A stretch of 64,000 nt of DNA from an uncultured bacterium (GTDB lineage Bacteria; Patescibacteriota; Saccharimonadia; UBA4664), in contig CAVRET010000001.1 of NCBI GenBank assembly GCA_963720265.1, positions 133,916 to 197,915 on the forward strand, in the 5' to 3' direction. The notes under the pieces are model-generated. The model made no database searches, had not been told where the DNA came from, and saw only the letters and a program-made list of their open reading frames with translations. This document shows, piece by piece, positions 1 to 8,403 of the stretch. The stretch's first letter is position 1. Every line of letters begins with the position of its first letter. Made by a program: the position numbers and the translations under genes.

Positions 1-279
1 CGGACTGTGGTTCGGATTGCAAAACCAGTGATTGTGCCCGGCGCTGATGTTTGGGCACAGCTAAGGTACTGTGAGGCCGGTGGTGACTATACCCGCAATA
101 CGGGCAACGGTTACTACGGTGCCTACCAGTTTAACCTTAGCACCTGGGCCGATTACGGCGGCTACGCGCGGCCGGATTTGGCCCCGCCGGCCGTCCAGGA
201 TGCCAAAGCCAAAGCCACCGAGGCCGCGCGCGGTTGGGCTCCTTGGCCTGCCTGTGCTCGTAAGCTCGGCTTGCAGTGA
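1..279 (+). CDS. Resuscitation-promoting factor (Rpf)-like transglycosylase, C-terminal part (5' end outside window)
   Basis: WAQLRYCEAGGDY..NTGNGYYGAYQF...TW...Q....GW.PWPAC is the Rpf lysozyme-like signature; frame open from base 1. Confidence 0.9.
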   Translation, partial: RTVVRIAKPVIVPGADVWAQLRYCEAGGDYTRNTGNGYYGAYQFNLSTWADYGGYARPDLAPPAVQDAKAKATEAARGWAPWPACARKLGLQ

Positions 280-297
280 GCCGTCCGAAAGGCAATA

Positions 298-397
298 ATA
301 GTACCCCAAAAGCCCTTGTTGGCCGCGGGGTGCTATTTTTGTTGAATAAGTCCGGGTGACCCGTGGAGGAGCAGTAGCGCCAGCTCCTCCACGGGTA
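298..397. terminator. Two hairpins between convergent genes
   Basis: AATAGTACCCC/GGGGTGCTATT followed by T-run; 14-bp stem ACCCGTGGAGGAGC/GCTCCTCCACGGGT at ~360-397. Confidence 0.6.
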
Positions 398-451
398 TAT
401 TTGACGAATGCCCGGGGCGTCTTGTCCTTATTTGGGTCTGTCACTCGCCCC

Positions 452-997
452 TTAGGCAGGTGGCCCGGCAAGGCATTCCGCCAGATCTTCACCGCGCCTG
501 GTGAGGCGCCATTGCTGCGGTTGGCTGGTGCCAATGGCGAAATAATCCCGAAGATCGTAGATGAACCCGGCGCGTACGAGCCACACCAGGACACTTTCAG
601 CTGCTATTTCACCACGGTCTGGTGCCGGTAGCTCGATTTCGGTCAGGGCGTGGTCGGCAGTGGCGAGGCTGTTGAAGATCCTCAGGTGCAGCGTTGTCGG
701 CAGCCCTAGGAGAGCATGTACGCCGAGGCGTTCGGCCCACTGGGCTCGCCAGATGCCTATGGCGTTGAGACGGTAGAGCCTCCGCAGCTGGGTGGCTGTG
801 CGTCCCGATAGATCAATCAGGCCGGTCTTGCTCAGCCGCTCAAGTGGTCTGCGCAATGCCTCTTCATTGCGGCCGATAGCGTTCGCGATGGCAGCTGCTG
901 AGACCGCCCGACCTTGCATGCCCAGAAGTTGATGCGCCACGACGTATTCGAGGCGTTCGGTACGCGGTCTTTCGGCCGCATCTTGTTCTGGTTCCAC
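452..997 (-). CDS. Hypothetical protein with two tandem winged-helix-like domains
   Basis: GTG start after GGAAGGGG, TATAAT at 1041-1036; helices ..AAAIANAIG..LERLSKTGLI..YRLN.IG and ..VLVWLVRAGFI..WRLTRRG resemble PadR/MarR wHTH. Confidence 0.6.
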   Translation of the reverse strand: MEPEQDAAERPRTERLEYVVAHQLLGMQGRAVSAAAIANAIGRNEEALRRPLERLSKTGLIDLSGRTATQLRRLYRLNAIGIWRAQWAERLGVHALLGLPTTLHLRIFNSLATADHALTEIELPAPDRGEIAAESVLVWLVRAGFIYDLRDYFAIGTSQPQQWRLTRRGEDLAECLAGPPA

Positions 998-1043
998 CTG
1001 CGCCCCTTCCAGATGCGATTTGAGTAGGCGCTGCAATTATAGC

Positions 1044-1208
1044 CTATTTGTCTGAGACGGCTGTTCCCTGTGTCATTGCCACGGAATAGGCCTGTTGGAG
1101 GCCGGTAAGCTCACGGCCGGCGAGATTGTGCTCATAATTTAGGAAAGCTAGATATGTGGCGGCGCCGATAATGAGCAGGACGGCCCTGGCCACTAGCGCA
1201 CAACCCAC
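1044..1208 (-). CDS. Possible 54-aa single-TM protein or gene remnant
   Basis: Hand-translated GTG-start ORF (VGCALVARAVLLIIGAATYLAFLNYEHNLAG...) with one hydrophobic stretch; no clear RBS. Confidence 0.25.
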   Translation of the reverse strand: MGCALVARAVLLIIGAATYLAFLNYEHNLAGRELTGLQQAYSVAMTQGTAVSDK

Positions 1209-1320
1209 TGGCCGGCGCCGAGGTTGCGGACTTTGCCTGTTGGAGGATGCGTCAATTGACTGAGCGTATATGGGTATTCGGCATTTTGGAAAGAAAGTTT
1301 AGAGATCTGCATAAAAAGTG

Positions 1321-1349
1321 TTGACAATCCTCACAAAGTGTGTTAACAT
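1321..1349 (+). promoter_or_regulatory. sigma70-type promoter
   Basis: TTGACA (1321-1326), 17-bp spacer, TAACAT (1344-1349) with extended TG; no convincing + strand ORF downstream. Confidence 0.8.
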
Positions 1350-1356
1350 TCTGATC

Positions 1357-1660
1357 ATACCTTTTTCCAAAGGTACGAACCACACAAATATACCACTTAT
1401 TCGCCTGATGCAATACCTGAATGCACCCTCCTTTAGGTATTCAGCAGCAGGCGGATGAGTCCCTTCAATCCGATGCCCTTATTCTAGCGCATTGAACAAA
1501 ACGCCTTGCGGCGCGGTTGAAGGGTGCCATAAAGGCCCGAGCTAAGGACGTGACCACCCACGTTCCGGCGCTCGGGCCTTTATTGTGGTTTTGTAATTAG
1601 TGCTAAAGATGACGAAGGCTTCGCCGCGGCTGGGTGGCGGGCGGCGAAGCCTTCTTTCAT
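1357..1660 (+). ncRNA. Candidate structured non-coding RNA (unknown family)
   Basis: Stems 1358-1375, 1395-1460, 1461-1524, 1529-1583, closing stem 1377-1384/1584-1591 and terminator-like 1614-1654; G-U pairs fit the + strand. Confidence 0.7.
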
Positions 1661-1672
1661 TGGGCGCTCTGC

Positions 1673-2377
1673 TTAGTTGTGGCCGGGTGGTCTGCCTCTC
1701 ACGAGCAACCCGCGCCCGACGAGCTGCATGAATGTTCCTGCGGTGAGGCTGAATTCGCTGATAAGCGGGTCGGACGGCAAAGTTGCTTCGATGAGCCACT
1801 GCGGCAGGTCTTGATCGCGGATCATGGTAACCAGTTCCAGATGAACCCAGGTAGTGTCGAGCCCATCGATCGTGATTGGGAACTCAAGTACCCGGAAGAT
1901 GGCAACAGGGTGTTCTGGGCCGCGGACGGGGTTAACTCCCATCTCAGCTTCGAGCAGGGCTGTCCATTCGTCGCCCTGCGAGATGCGCCGGCTAACCCAG
2001 ATGACGGCCGCACTGGTGTTGGCTGTGCCAATCAGTACCAGCCTGTTGCTGTCCGCCATGGCACGGAACTCATCGGCACGGAAGTGGTTGCTGTCGAAGG
2101 CGGTATGCCGACTGCGGCGGAACCAGGACGGTAGTTGGGATGACCCCGGGTCGACGAAGCCGGTTAGTCCGTCGTTGATCAGGAGGCGCAGACTGACGGT
2201 AATCATCCGACAGTTGCGGACGTTATCGTTATAGGTACCGATGACCTCGAGTACGACATCAGCGTCGTCTGGTTGGTCGGCAGGGGCTCGGAGCCACCAT
2301 TGCTGACCGCTAGCGACGTTTTCCTCCATCCAGGCGGCCATTTCTGCCCGCGTATACCCGGGCCCTTGGTTGCCCAT
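1673..2377 (-). CDS. Hypothetical protein made of two ~110-aa internal repeats
   Basis: SD GGAAGGGGAGG before ATG; repeated pattern W-x4-[VI]-x2-G-x2-W ... LPxW ... F. Confidence 0.7.
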   Translation of the reverse strand: MGNQGPGYTRAEMAAWMEENVASGQQWWLRAPADQPDDADVVLEVIGTYNDNVRNCRMITVSLRLLINDGLTGFVDPGSSQLPSWFRRSRHTAFDSNHFRADEFRAMADSNRLVLIGTANTSAAVIWVSRRISQGDEWTALLEAEMGVNPVRGPEHPVAIFRVLEFPITIDGLDTTWVHLELVTMIRDQDLPQWLIEATLPSDPLISEFSLTAGTFMQLVGRGLLVRGRPPGHN

Positions 2378-2439
2378 GTCCTCCCCTTCCAGGGTCGGCT
2401 GTACTCGGTTCTGTGGACCTACCTATTAAAGCATAAAAA

Positions 2440-3000
2440 TTACGATTGTCCAGGCAAAAGTTCGAATGTGGACTCCGTTGGGGTAGTTTCCAGGTTCTCG
2501 GCGATGACATTCACGGCGGCGGTTATGACGGTGGACAGTTGAGCGCGTTCGTCTGGGTTGAAGGGTTTGAGTACGTAGCTTTCGCTTGGCTCGACGGCGC
2601 GGTTGTTCATACTGATGCCGATGCGCGCACGAACAAAATCCGGCCCAATGTGCTGGGTAATCGAGCGCAAGCCCTGGTGACCGCCGTCGCTGCCGCCGCT
2701 GCGCAGGCGTAGCCGGCCGAACGGCGTGTCGAGATCATCACAGACGACCCAAACATCGGCCGGGGCGATTTTGTAGAACTGCATGAGGCGTTGCACAGCC
2801 TCGCCGGACAGGTTCATGAAGGTTTGTGGTTTAGCCAAAATGAGGCCTTTATTATCGGCGATGTGGGCCTGGAATTTGGCTTCATTACGCCACGTGGCGG
2901 CCAGATTGGCAGTTAATTGGTCCACCACCATAAAGCCCAAGTTGTGCCGGGTATGAGCGTATTGCGGGCCGGGATTGCCAAGGCCTACGACAAGTTTCAT
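2440..3000 (-). CDS. pth: Peptidyl-tRNA hydrolase
   Basis: VGLGNPG..Y..TRHNLGF, KPQTFMNLSG, DDLD, GGH.G. Confidence 0.97.
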   Translation of the reverse strand: MKLVVGLGNPGPQYAHTRHNLGFMVVDQLTANLAATWRNEAKFQAHIADNKGLILAKPQTFMNLSGEAVQRLMQFYKIAPADVWVVCDDLDTPFGRLRLRSGGSDGGHQGLRSITQHIGPDFVRARIGISMNNRAVEPSESYVLKPFNPDERAQLSTVITAAVNVIAENLETTPTESTFELLPGQS

Positions 3001-4343
3001 GCCTTCTTTTTTCCCTTCCGCGAGTGGCTTTCGTGCTTGGCTTTGAATTCGAGCTTAATCGGTGTGCCGGTAAAGTCGAATTCCTCACGCAGGTGGTTTT
3101 CGAGGTAGCGGCGGTAGGTAAAGTGGACAAGGTCCGGGTAGGTGCCAAAAAACGTGAAGGTAGGTGGCGCCGTGGCGGTTTGCGTAACATAGTTGAGCTT
3201 GGGCTGACGACCTTTTGCGCCAGCCGGCGGGTGGGCGGCGGTTAGCGCAGCGAGCAAGCGGTTGAGTGGGCCGGTGGAAACTTGCACCAATTGGTGCTCA
3301 CGAATAGTGGTTGCAAGTTCGAACAGCTTACCGACGTGCAGGCCCTGGGTGGCTGAAGTGTAGATAAGTGGTGCCCACCAAGCGAATTGAAACTGCCGGC
3401 GTAGGTCGGCCGTTAGATGATCCTGGGTGTGTGCGTCTTTGTCGACCGCGTCCCACTTGTTCATAATGAGCATGAGGCCGCGGCCGGCTTCGGTAATGAG
3501 ACCGGCCAGGTGAAGGTCGCCGGCTACTGGGCCTTCAGTGGCGTCCATAACGAGGGCGCAGATGTCGGCTTCATGAATTGTGGTGATCGTGCGCAGCGAG
3601 CTAAATTTCTCAATGCCTTTGGCAATGCGGCCGCGGCGGCGGACTCCTGCAGTATCAATGACTTCAATCTCCTGCCCATGATATTTGAGGATGTGAGCGG
3701 CGGCGTCGCGCGTTGTGCCTGGCGTGGCCGAAACTATGGCCGATTGCTTACCAATGAGGCTGTTGAGCAGGCTGGATTTGCCGACATTGGGCCGGCCAAT
3801 GAGGGCGAGGCGCAAGGGGTGGTCGGCATCCTCGGCGCTGACATTCGGCAAATGCTCCGCAATGGCATCGAGTAAATCGCCTGTACCGCGGCTGTGAATG
3901 GCCGACACGCCGATCATGGGCTCAATGCCGAGACGGCGCCAGGATTCGAGCTCACTGCCGGCAGCGGTGTCGATTTTGCTGAGGGCCAAAACTACCGGTT
4001 TGCCGCTGGCCCGGGCGAGGCGTGCGGCTGCCTGGTCGTCGGTGGTGATAATGGTGGCGGCGTCGATCACCACCACAATTACACTGGCGGCCTTCGCTAC
4101 GGCTTTAATCTGGTCTTGCACCTGCAGCTCGATGTCGTCGGCCGCACGGCTAAGGCCGGCCGTGTCAACGAGCGTGAACGTACGACCGGACCAGTCCACG
4201 GTGCCATAGTTGGCATCTCTGGTGGTGCCGGCGGTTTCGTGCGTGATCGCTTGACGGCGTCCGGTCAGACGATTAAAGAGGCTCGATTTGCCAACGTTGG
4301 GGCGTCCGACGATGGCGACGAGCGGCAACTTGGTTACAGCCAT
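2997..4343 (-). CDS. der: Ribosome biogenesis GTPase Der (EngA)
   Basis: Two GRPNVGKSS P-loops, two TTRD/DTAG motifs, KH-like C-terminus; start taken at MAVTKLP. Confidence 0.97.
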   Translation of the reverse strand: MAVTKLPLVAIVGRPNVGKSSLFNRLTGRRQAITHETAGTTRDANYGTVDWSGRTFTLVDTAGLSRAADDIELQVQDQIKAVAKAASVIVVVIDAATIITTDDQAAARLARASGKPVVLALSKIDTAAGSELESWRRLGIEPMIGVSAIHSRGTGDLLDAIAEHLPNVSAEDADHPLRLALIGRPNVGKSSLLNSLIGKQSAIVSATPGTTRDAAAHILKYHGQEIEVIDTAGVRRRGRIAKGIEKFSSLRTITTIHEADICALVMDATEGPVAGDLHLAGLITEAGRGLMLIMNKWDAVDKDAHTQDHLTADLRRQFQFAWWAPLIYTSATQGLHVGKLFELATTIREHQLVQVSTGPLNRLLAALTAAHPPAGAKGRQPKLNYVTQTATAPPTFTFFGTYPDLVHFTYRRYLENHLREEFDFTGTPIKLEFKAKHESHSRKGKKKA

Positions 4344-5242
4344 TGCCAGTTTGTTCCAATCCAATTTACTAGTTGTTCGGTGGCGCCAAAGCGGTCGTTT
4401 GCACCCAGCACAACGGTTATGACTCCGTGCCCATTTATACGGGTAAGGCCGACGAAACATTCGCCGGCTCCTTCGGTGTACCCTGTTTTTATACCATAAA
4501 ATTGGCCGGACGCCAAGAGATCGTCGGTAGTAGTGAGCGGCAGTACTCGGTCAGCCTGGCTCGTGATGGTAGCAGATTGCTCGTCTACAGTGGTGCGGAT
4601 GAACGGATTGGTCAGCGCAAGTTGGGCAATCTTGACGAGCGCGGTGGCGGTGGCGTAGTTGTTTTGGTCAATCAGGCCACTGGGATTGGAGAAGTGCGTA
4701 TCGGTTATCCCCCACTCGGACATTTTGGCGTTCATCTCGGCAGCAAAGGCTTGTTGCGAGCCGGAGTCGGCAATGGCGAGAGCGTCGGCTGCATCGTCTT
4801 CGGAGTTAACGAGCAGGGCGGTAAGCAGGTCGCGCTCGGTGTATACCTCACCCTGGTGTAGGCCAATTGTCTCGTCGGCCGGATCATAGTTGGGAAGTTG
4901 CGGAATGGTGACCTTTTGATCCAGCGGGTGGCGGGAAATAATGACAAGCGCGGTTACAAGCTTGGTGAGGCTGGCGATCGGCCGTTTAGCATCAGGGTTT
5001 TGGGCATAGAGCACAGTACCGGTCGCAGTGTCAACGGCCAGGGCGCTGGCGGCGTCGAGGTTCAAGGGTTGACTGTCGTTTCGGACCGGTAGCGGCGCGA
5101 TTGTTGCCGGTGACGCGGCGGAGGCTTGGGGAGTGCCTGCGCCGGCGCTCCCGAGATGGGCCTGCCAACTCGCTGGCAACTGCGAGAAGCTACCCGAGAC
5201 CTGAAATACGAGAATCAGCAAGAGGGCAAGGATTTGGATCAT
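4334..5242 (-). CDS. D-alanyl-D-alanine carboxypeptidase (peptidase S11)
   Basis: Signal peptide, ASLTK (SxxK), SxN-like SED, KTGYT. Confidence 0.9.
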   Translation of the reverse strand: MIQILALLLILVFQVSGSFSQLPASWQAHLGSAGAGTPQASAASPATIAPLPVRNDSQPLNLDAASALAVDTATGTVLYAQNPDAKRPIASLTKLVTALVIISRHPLDQKVTIPQLPNYDPADETIGLHQGEVYTERDLLTALLVNSEDDAADALAIADSGSQQAFAAEMNAKMSEWGITDTHFSNPSGLIDQNNYATATALVKIAQLALTNPFIRTTVDEQSATITSQADRVLPLTTTDDLLASGQFYGIKTGYTEGAGECFVGLTRINGHGVITVVLGANDRFGATEQLVNWIGTNWQWL

Positions 5243-5901
5243 TGCGCTATGGTCTCCTGCCAAGCGCCGGTTGCGAGCGCACCGAGGGCGTATGGGCCGA
5301 TGTGTGTACGATGGAGGCGCTCAACACGGTAACCAAGGGCGCCAAACGTGCGGCGGAGCTGGCGATTGCGGCCCGTAATGAGGCTCACGGTAAGGTTGCG
5401 GCCGTGGGCGGCTTCGAGCGTGACATGGCTTATACCATCTTCAAGCAAAACTCCCTGCTCCAGACGCCTGCGGCTGTCGGGCGCAAACGGCTGCGATAGG
5501 GTCAGTTCGTAGATTTTACGTTTGCCGGCCGACGGGTGGCTATAGTGGTTAATGAACGCGCCGTCGTTTGAGAGCAGGAGCAGCCCGCTGGAATCACGGT
5601 CAAGCCGGCCGGCTAGGCGCAAGTTCTGAAAGTTGGCAGGCAGCAACTCGTATATCGTGGGCGAGCTGCCCTGACGAACGCGGCTTGATACGGCGCCTGT
5701 TGGTTTGTTGAACATGAGGTAGATGGTGGTTGACTGGGGTGTGAGCGGCGTGCCGTCGAGCCTGATGTCGGACGGTGCATCGATGGTTTCCCCAAGTAAT
5801 GCTTTCCGGCCGGCAATCGTAACCCGGCCGTCTTTAATGGCTGTGTCGGCGGCTCGTCTCGACAACCCGCTGGCTGCTGCTACAAACTGATTAATGCGCA
5901 C
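5239..5901 (-). CDS. rRNA pseudouridine synthase (RsuA/RluB family) with S4 domain
   Basis: N-terminal S4 (SRRAAD..I..GRV), NKP.G, GRLDRDSSGLLL, GRNRQLRR. Confidence 0.93.
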   Translation of the reverse strand: MRINQFVAAASGLSRRAADTAIKDGRVTIAGRKALLGETIDAPSDIRLDGTPLTPQSTTIYLMFNKPTGAVSSRVRQGSSPTIYELLPANFQNLRLAGRLDRDSSGLLLLSNDGAFINHYSHPSAGKRKIYELTLSQPFAPDSRRRLEQGVLLEDGISHVTLEAAHGRNLTVSLITGRNRQLRRTFGALGYRVERLHRTHIGPYALGALATGAWQETIAQ

Positions 5902-5917
5902 GCCCCGGAGGCCCTTG

Positions 5918-6370
5918 CTAACCGGCGGCTGGTGGTGCCTGCGGCGGAGGTGGCGGTGTGGCCGGCGGCACGGGTGAGGCTGCTGGAGCGGCGCCGCCCG
6001 GGGCGGCTCCGAGTTGCTCCTTTACCGAGTTCACAACGTCTTCAAGGGTTACTTGCGACTTGATCAAATACTTGTTGGCACCGAGTGATTCGCCGCGTTT
6101 GCGGTCGGCATCTTGGCTGAGTGCAGTCATCATAATGACCTTGGTCTCTTTCGTCTCAGGGGTGGAGCGAAGGATATCGAGCACGTCGAAACCGGAAATT
6201 TTGGGCATCATAACGTCGAGCACGATAAGGTCAGGCCGTTCGCGCACGGCCGTAGCTAACGCCTCTTCCCCATCCGAGGCCGTAATTACTTCATATGACT
6301 CGGCCGCAAAGCGGGCCGAATAGATCTCGCGGAGATTAACGTCGTCTTCAACTAGCAGAATCTTCGCCAT
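5918..6370 (-). CDS. Stand-alone response regulator receiver protein with Pro/Ala tail
   Basis: ILLVEDD, LDVMMP, TAL, K; promoter TTGCCA-17-TACCAT upstream. Confidence 0.92.
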   Translation of the reverse strand: MAKILLVEDDVNLREIYSARFAAESYEVITASDGEEALATAVRERPDLIVLDVMMPKISGFDVLDILRSTPETKETKVIMMTALSQDADRKRGESLGANKYLIKSQVTLEDVVNSVKEQLGAAPGGAAPAASPVPPATPPPPPQAPPAAG

Positions 6371-6429
6371 TGGTGCTCTTATGGTATCTAATCGCCTTAT
6401 GCTTGGCAAGAGGGAAAGTGCCACACGCG

Positions 6430-8331
6430 TCAGGGATTTTGGTGGGGACCCGGTGGAGTGGTGGATGGAGTCACATATGAAGGGGCTGGTGACGCGGCGG
6501 TAGGCGCCGGGGCGGCTGACGCTGACACTGCGCCCACTTCATCAAGCGTTGGAACGGGCGTCGGAATGGCGGCCGGTACAGTCTGCGGCCCGGGACTAGG
6601 GGTCGGTAACGCGTTCGCCGGCTGCCCGCTGTTATCGCCGTCCTGAGGTGCGCCTTCGTTGGCAGCTGCTTGAGCTGTGGCAGCTTGCATCCGCTCGGCC
6701 TCGTCTTGGCTTAGGCGTGGCAGCAAAAACCGGAAGGTACTTCCCTGACCGGACTTGGATTCGACCCAGATGCGACCGTTAAATAGCTCAATTACACGTC
6801 GACACAAGTACAAACCAAGCCCGGTGCCGCCGATGGTACGGGTGGCAGAGTTATCGATGCGGTAGAATTTTTGGAACAAGTGCGGAATATCTTCCGGTGC
6901 AATACCAACCCCGGAGTCGGCCACGCTCACGGTTACTTCTTTGTCGTTACCGTCGAGCGATACTTTTACGCCGCCCTCGGGTGTAAATTTGATGGCGTTA
7001 TCAATCAGATTCATGACAACTTCGCGCAGGCGCTCAGGGTTCGCGGCAACATAGTAGAGCGGCGCAATAGCTTTGCCGGCTTGGCCACCGACTTGAAAAA
7101 CGAGGGTAAGTTTTTTCTTGCCCGCGGTGAACTGCATATCGTCGACCGCGCCTTGGAGCAATTTGCCAAGGTTCACGGCCTCGATTTTGGCGGCCAACTG
7201 GCCGTCTTCGGCCTTGGTGACCGAGAGTAGGTCGCGGAACAGATCGCCTAGATGCCGGATGGCATCATGGGCTTTTTCCAGGTAGACCTTGGCCCGATCG
7301 TCGATGGTGGCGACGTTTGAGTTCATCGCTAGCGAAATGTAGCCCTCAATTGCTGCCACAGGGGTACGCATCTCGTGGCTGGCTGTGGAAATGAACTCAT
7401 CTTTTTGGCGCTGGAGCTCTTTTTCCGTACTGATGTCGCGGAATAGCACGATGGCGCCGGACGGCTGGCCGTCGCTGCCGTAAATTGGCGAGACCGACAG
7501 GCTAAGCTGGGTCTTGTGCCCACCGCGCGAGCTCATGACGAGGTTGTCGCGCACCATGGTGGCCTGCTTTTTCCAGGCCTCGGTGAACGGATCGGTGAGC
7601 TCGTTGAGCGGCTTGTCGTCAGCGGTGCGAAGCTGGAGTACCAGATCGCAGTCGAGATTGAGGGCGCTGGCTTCGTCCCAGCCGGTGAGGGTTTGGGCGG
7701 CCGGATTAAACAAATGGATTTTGCGATCGCGGTCGATCACCATCACGCCTTCACCAATGTTGGCCACAATGGTTTCGGCCTTGAGTTGGCCGTCGGCCAG
7801 CGACGTAATGACCGGCACACCTGGTCCGCGATTGCGCATACTTACCCATTGCGCGAGGCCGCCTGCCCCCAGGGTGATGGCGAGCTGAATAAGGTGGTCG
7901 CGTAGATAGGGCGCATGTAAGCCTTCTGACACGAGAACCGCAATGTAATATACAAGCGTTAACGCTACCATCATGGCAACTTCGCGGGCGCCAAACAGTC
8001 CGGCCGCCACAATCGCAAGCAGCCAGAGCGAGTAATAGGGCGAATCCAGCCCGCCGGTCGCTACGATGACAAGCGCGATGTTGGCAGCCGAGATAATGCT
8101 CAAGGCGAGCGTGGAGGCGGCCGGCCAGCGGCGACTGAGGACTTGGTGCAAGGTGCCATAGTAGACGGCTGCGGCCACCCCGAGCAGTGCAGCTATGAGC
8201 GAGACACTGGGGTCGGATAGTGTGCTTGGGCGCAAGTTGTAGACAGCAAAAATCACAACGGCAGTGAAGCCGCTCAGGATTGCTTGGACGAGCGCCAAAA
8301 TTCTGAGGCTGCGATACTTCTCCGCACTCAT
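6430..8331 (-). CDS. Membrane PAS histidine kinase
   Basis: Multiple TMs, PAS, ASHEMRTP H-box, NLIDNAIKF, DSG.GI, GGTGLGL. Confidence 0.93.
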   Translation of the reverse strand: MSAEKYRSLRILALVQAILSGFTAVVIFAVYNLRPSTLSDPSVSLIAALLGVAAAVYYGTLHQVLSRRWPAASTLALSIISAANIALVIVATGGLDSPYYSLWLLAIVAAGLFGAREVAMMVALTLVYYIAVLVSEGLHAPYLRDHLIQLAITLGAGGLAQWVSMRNRGPGVPVITSLADGQLKAETIVANIGEGVMVIDRDRKIHLFNPAAQTLTGWDEASALNLDCDLVLQLRTADDKPLNELTDPFTEAWKKQATMVRDNLVMSSRGGHKTQLSLSVSPIYGSDGQPSGAIVLFRDISTEKELQRQKDEFISTASHEMRTPVAAIEGYISLAMNSNVATIDDRAKVYLEKAHDAIRHLGDLFRDLLSVTKAEDGQLAAKIEAVNLGKLLQGAVDDMQFTAGKKKLTLVFQVGGQAGKAIAPLYYVAANPERLREVVMNLIDNAIKFTPEGGVKVSLDGNDKEVTVSVADSGVGIAPEDIPHLFQKFYRIDNSATRTIGGTGLGLYLCRRVIELFNGRIWVESKSGQGSTFRFLLPRLSQDEAERMQAATAQAAANEGAPQDGDNSGQPANALPTPSPGPQTVPAAIPTPVPTLDEVGAVSASAAPAPTAASPAPSYVTPSTTPPGPHQNP

Positions 8332-8403
8332 AATGCTTGCGGTTAATTATGCGCTTTGCGGCCTCTGTGAGCAAGCGGAGAAATCTGTATTCTCAGGAGG
8401 GGT

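Noticed and set aside
1357-1660. Identification of the RNA as tmRNA, RNase P, SRP or 6S
   Set aside because: No tRNA-like ends or tag ORF, no GAGGAAAGTCC, no SRP GGAA-loop motif, and not a single rod with a central bubble
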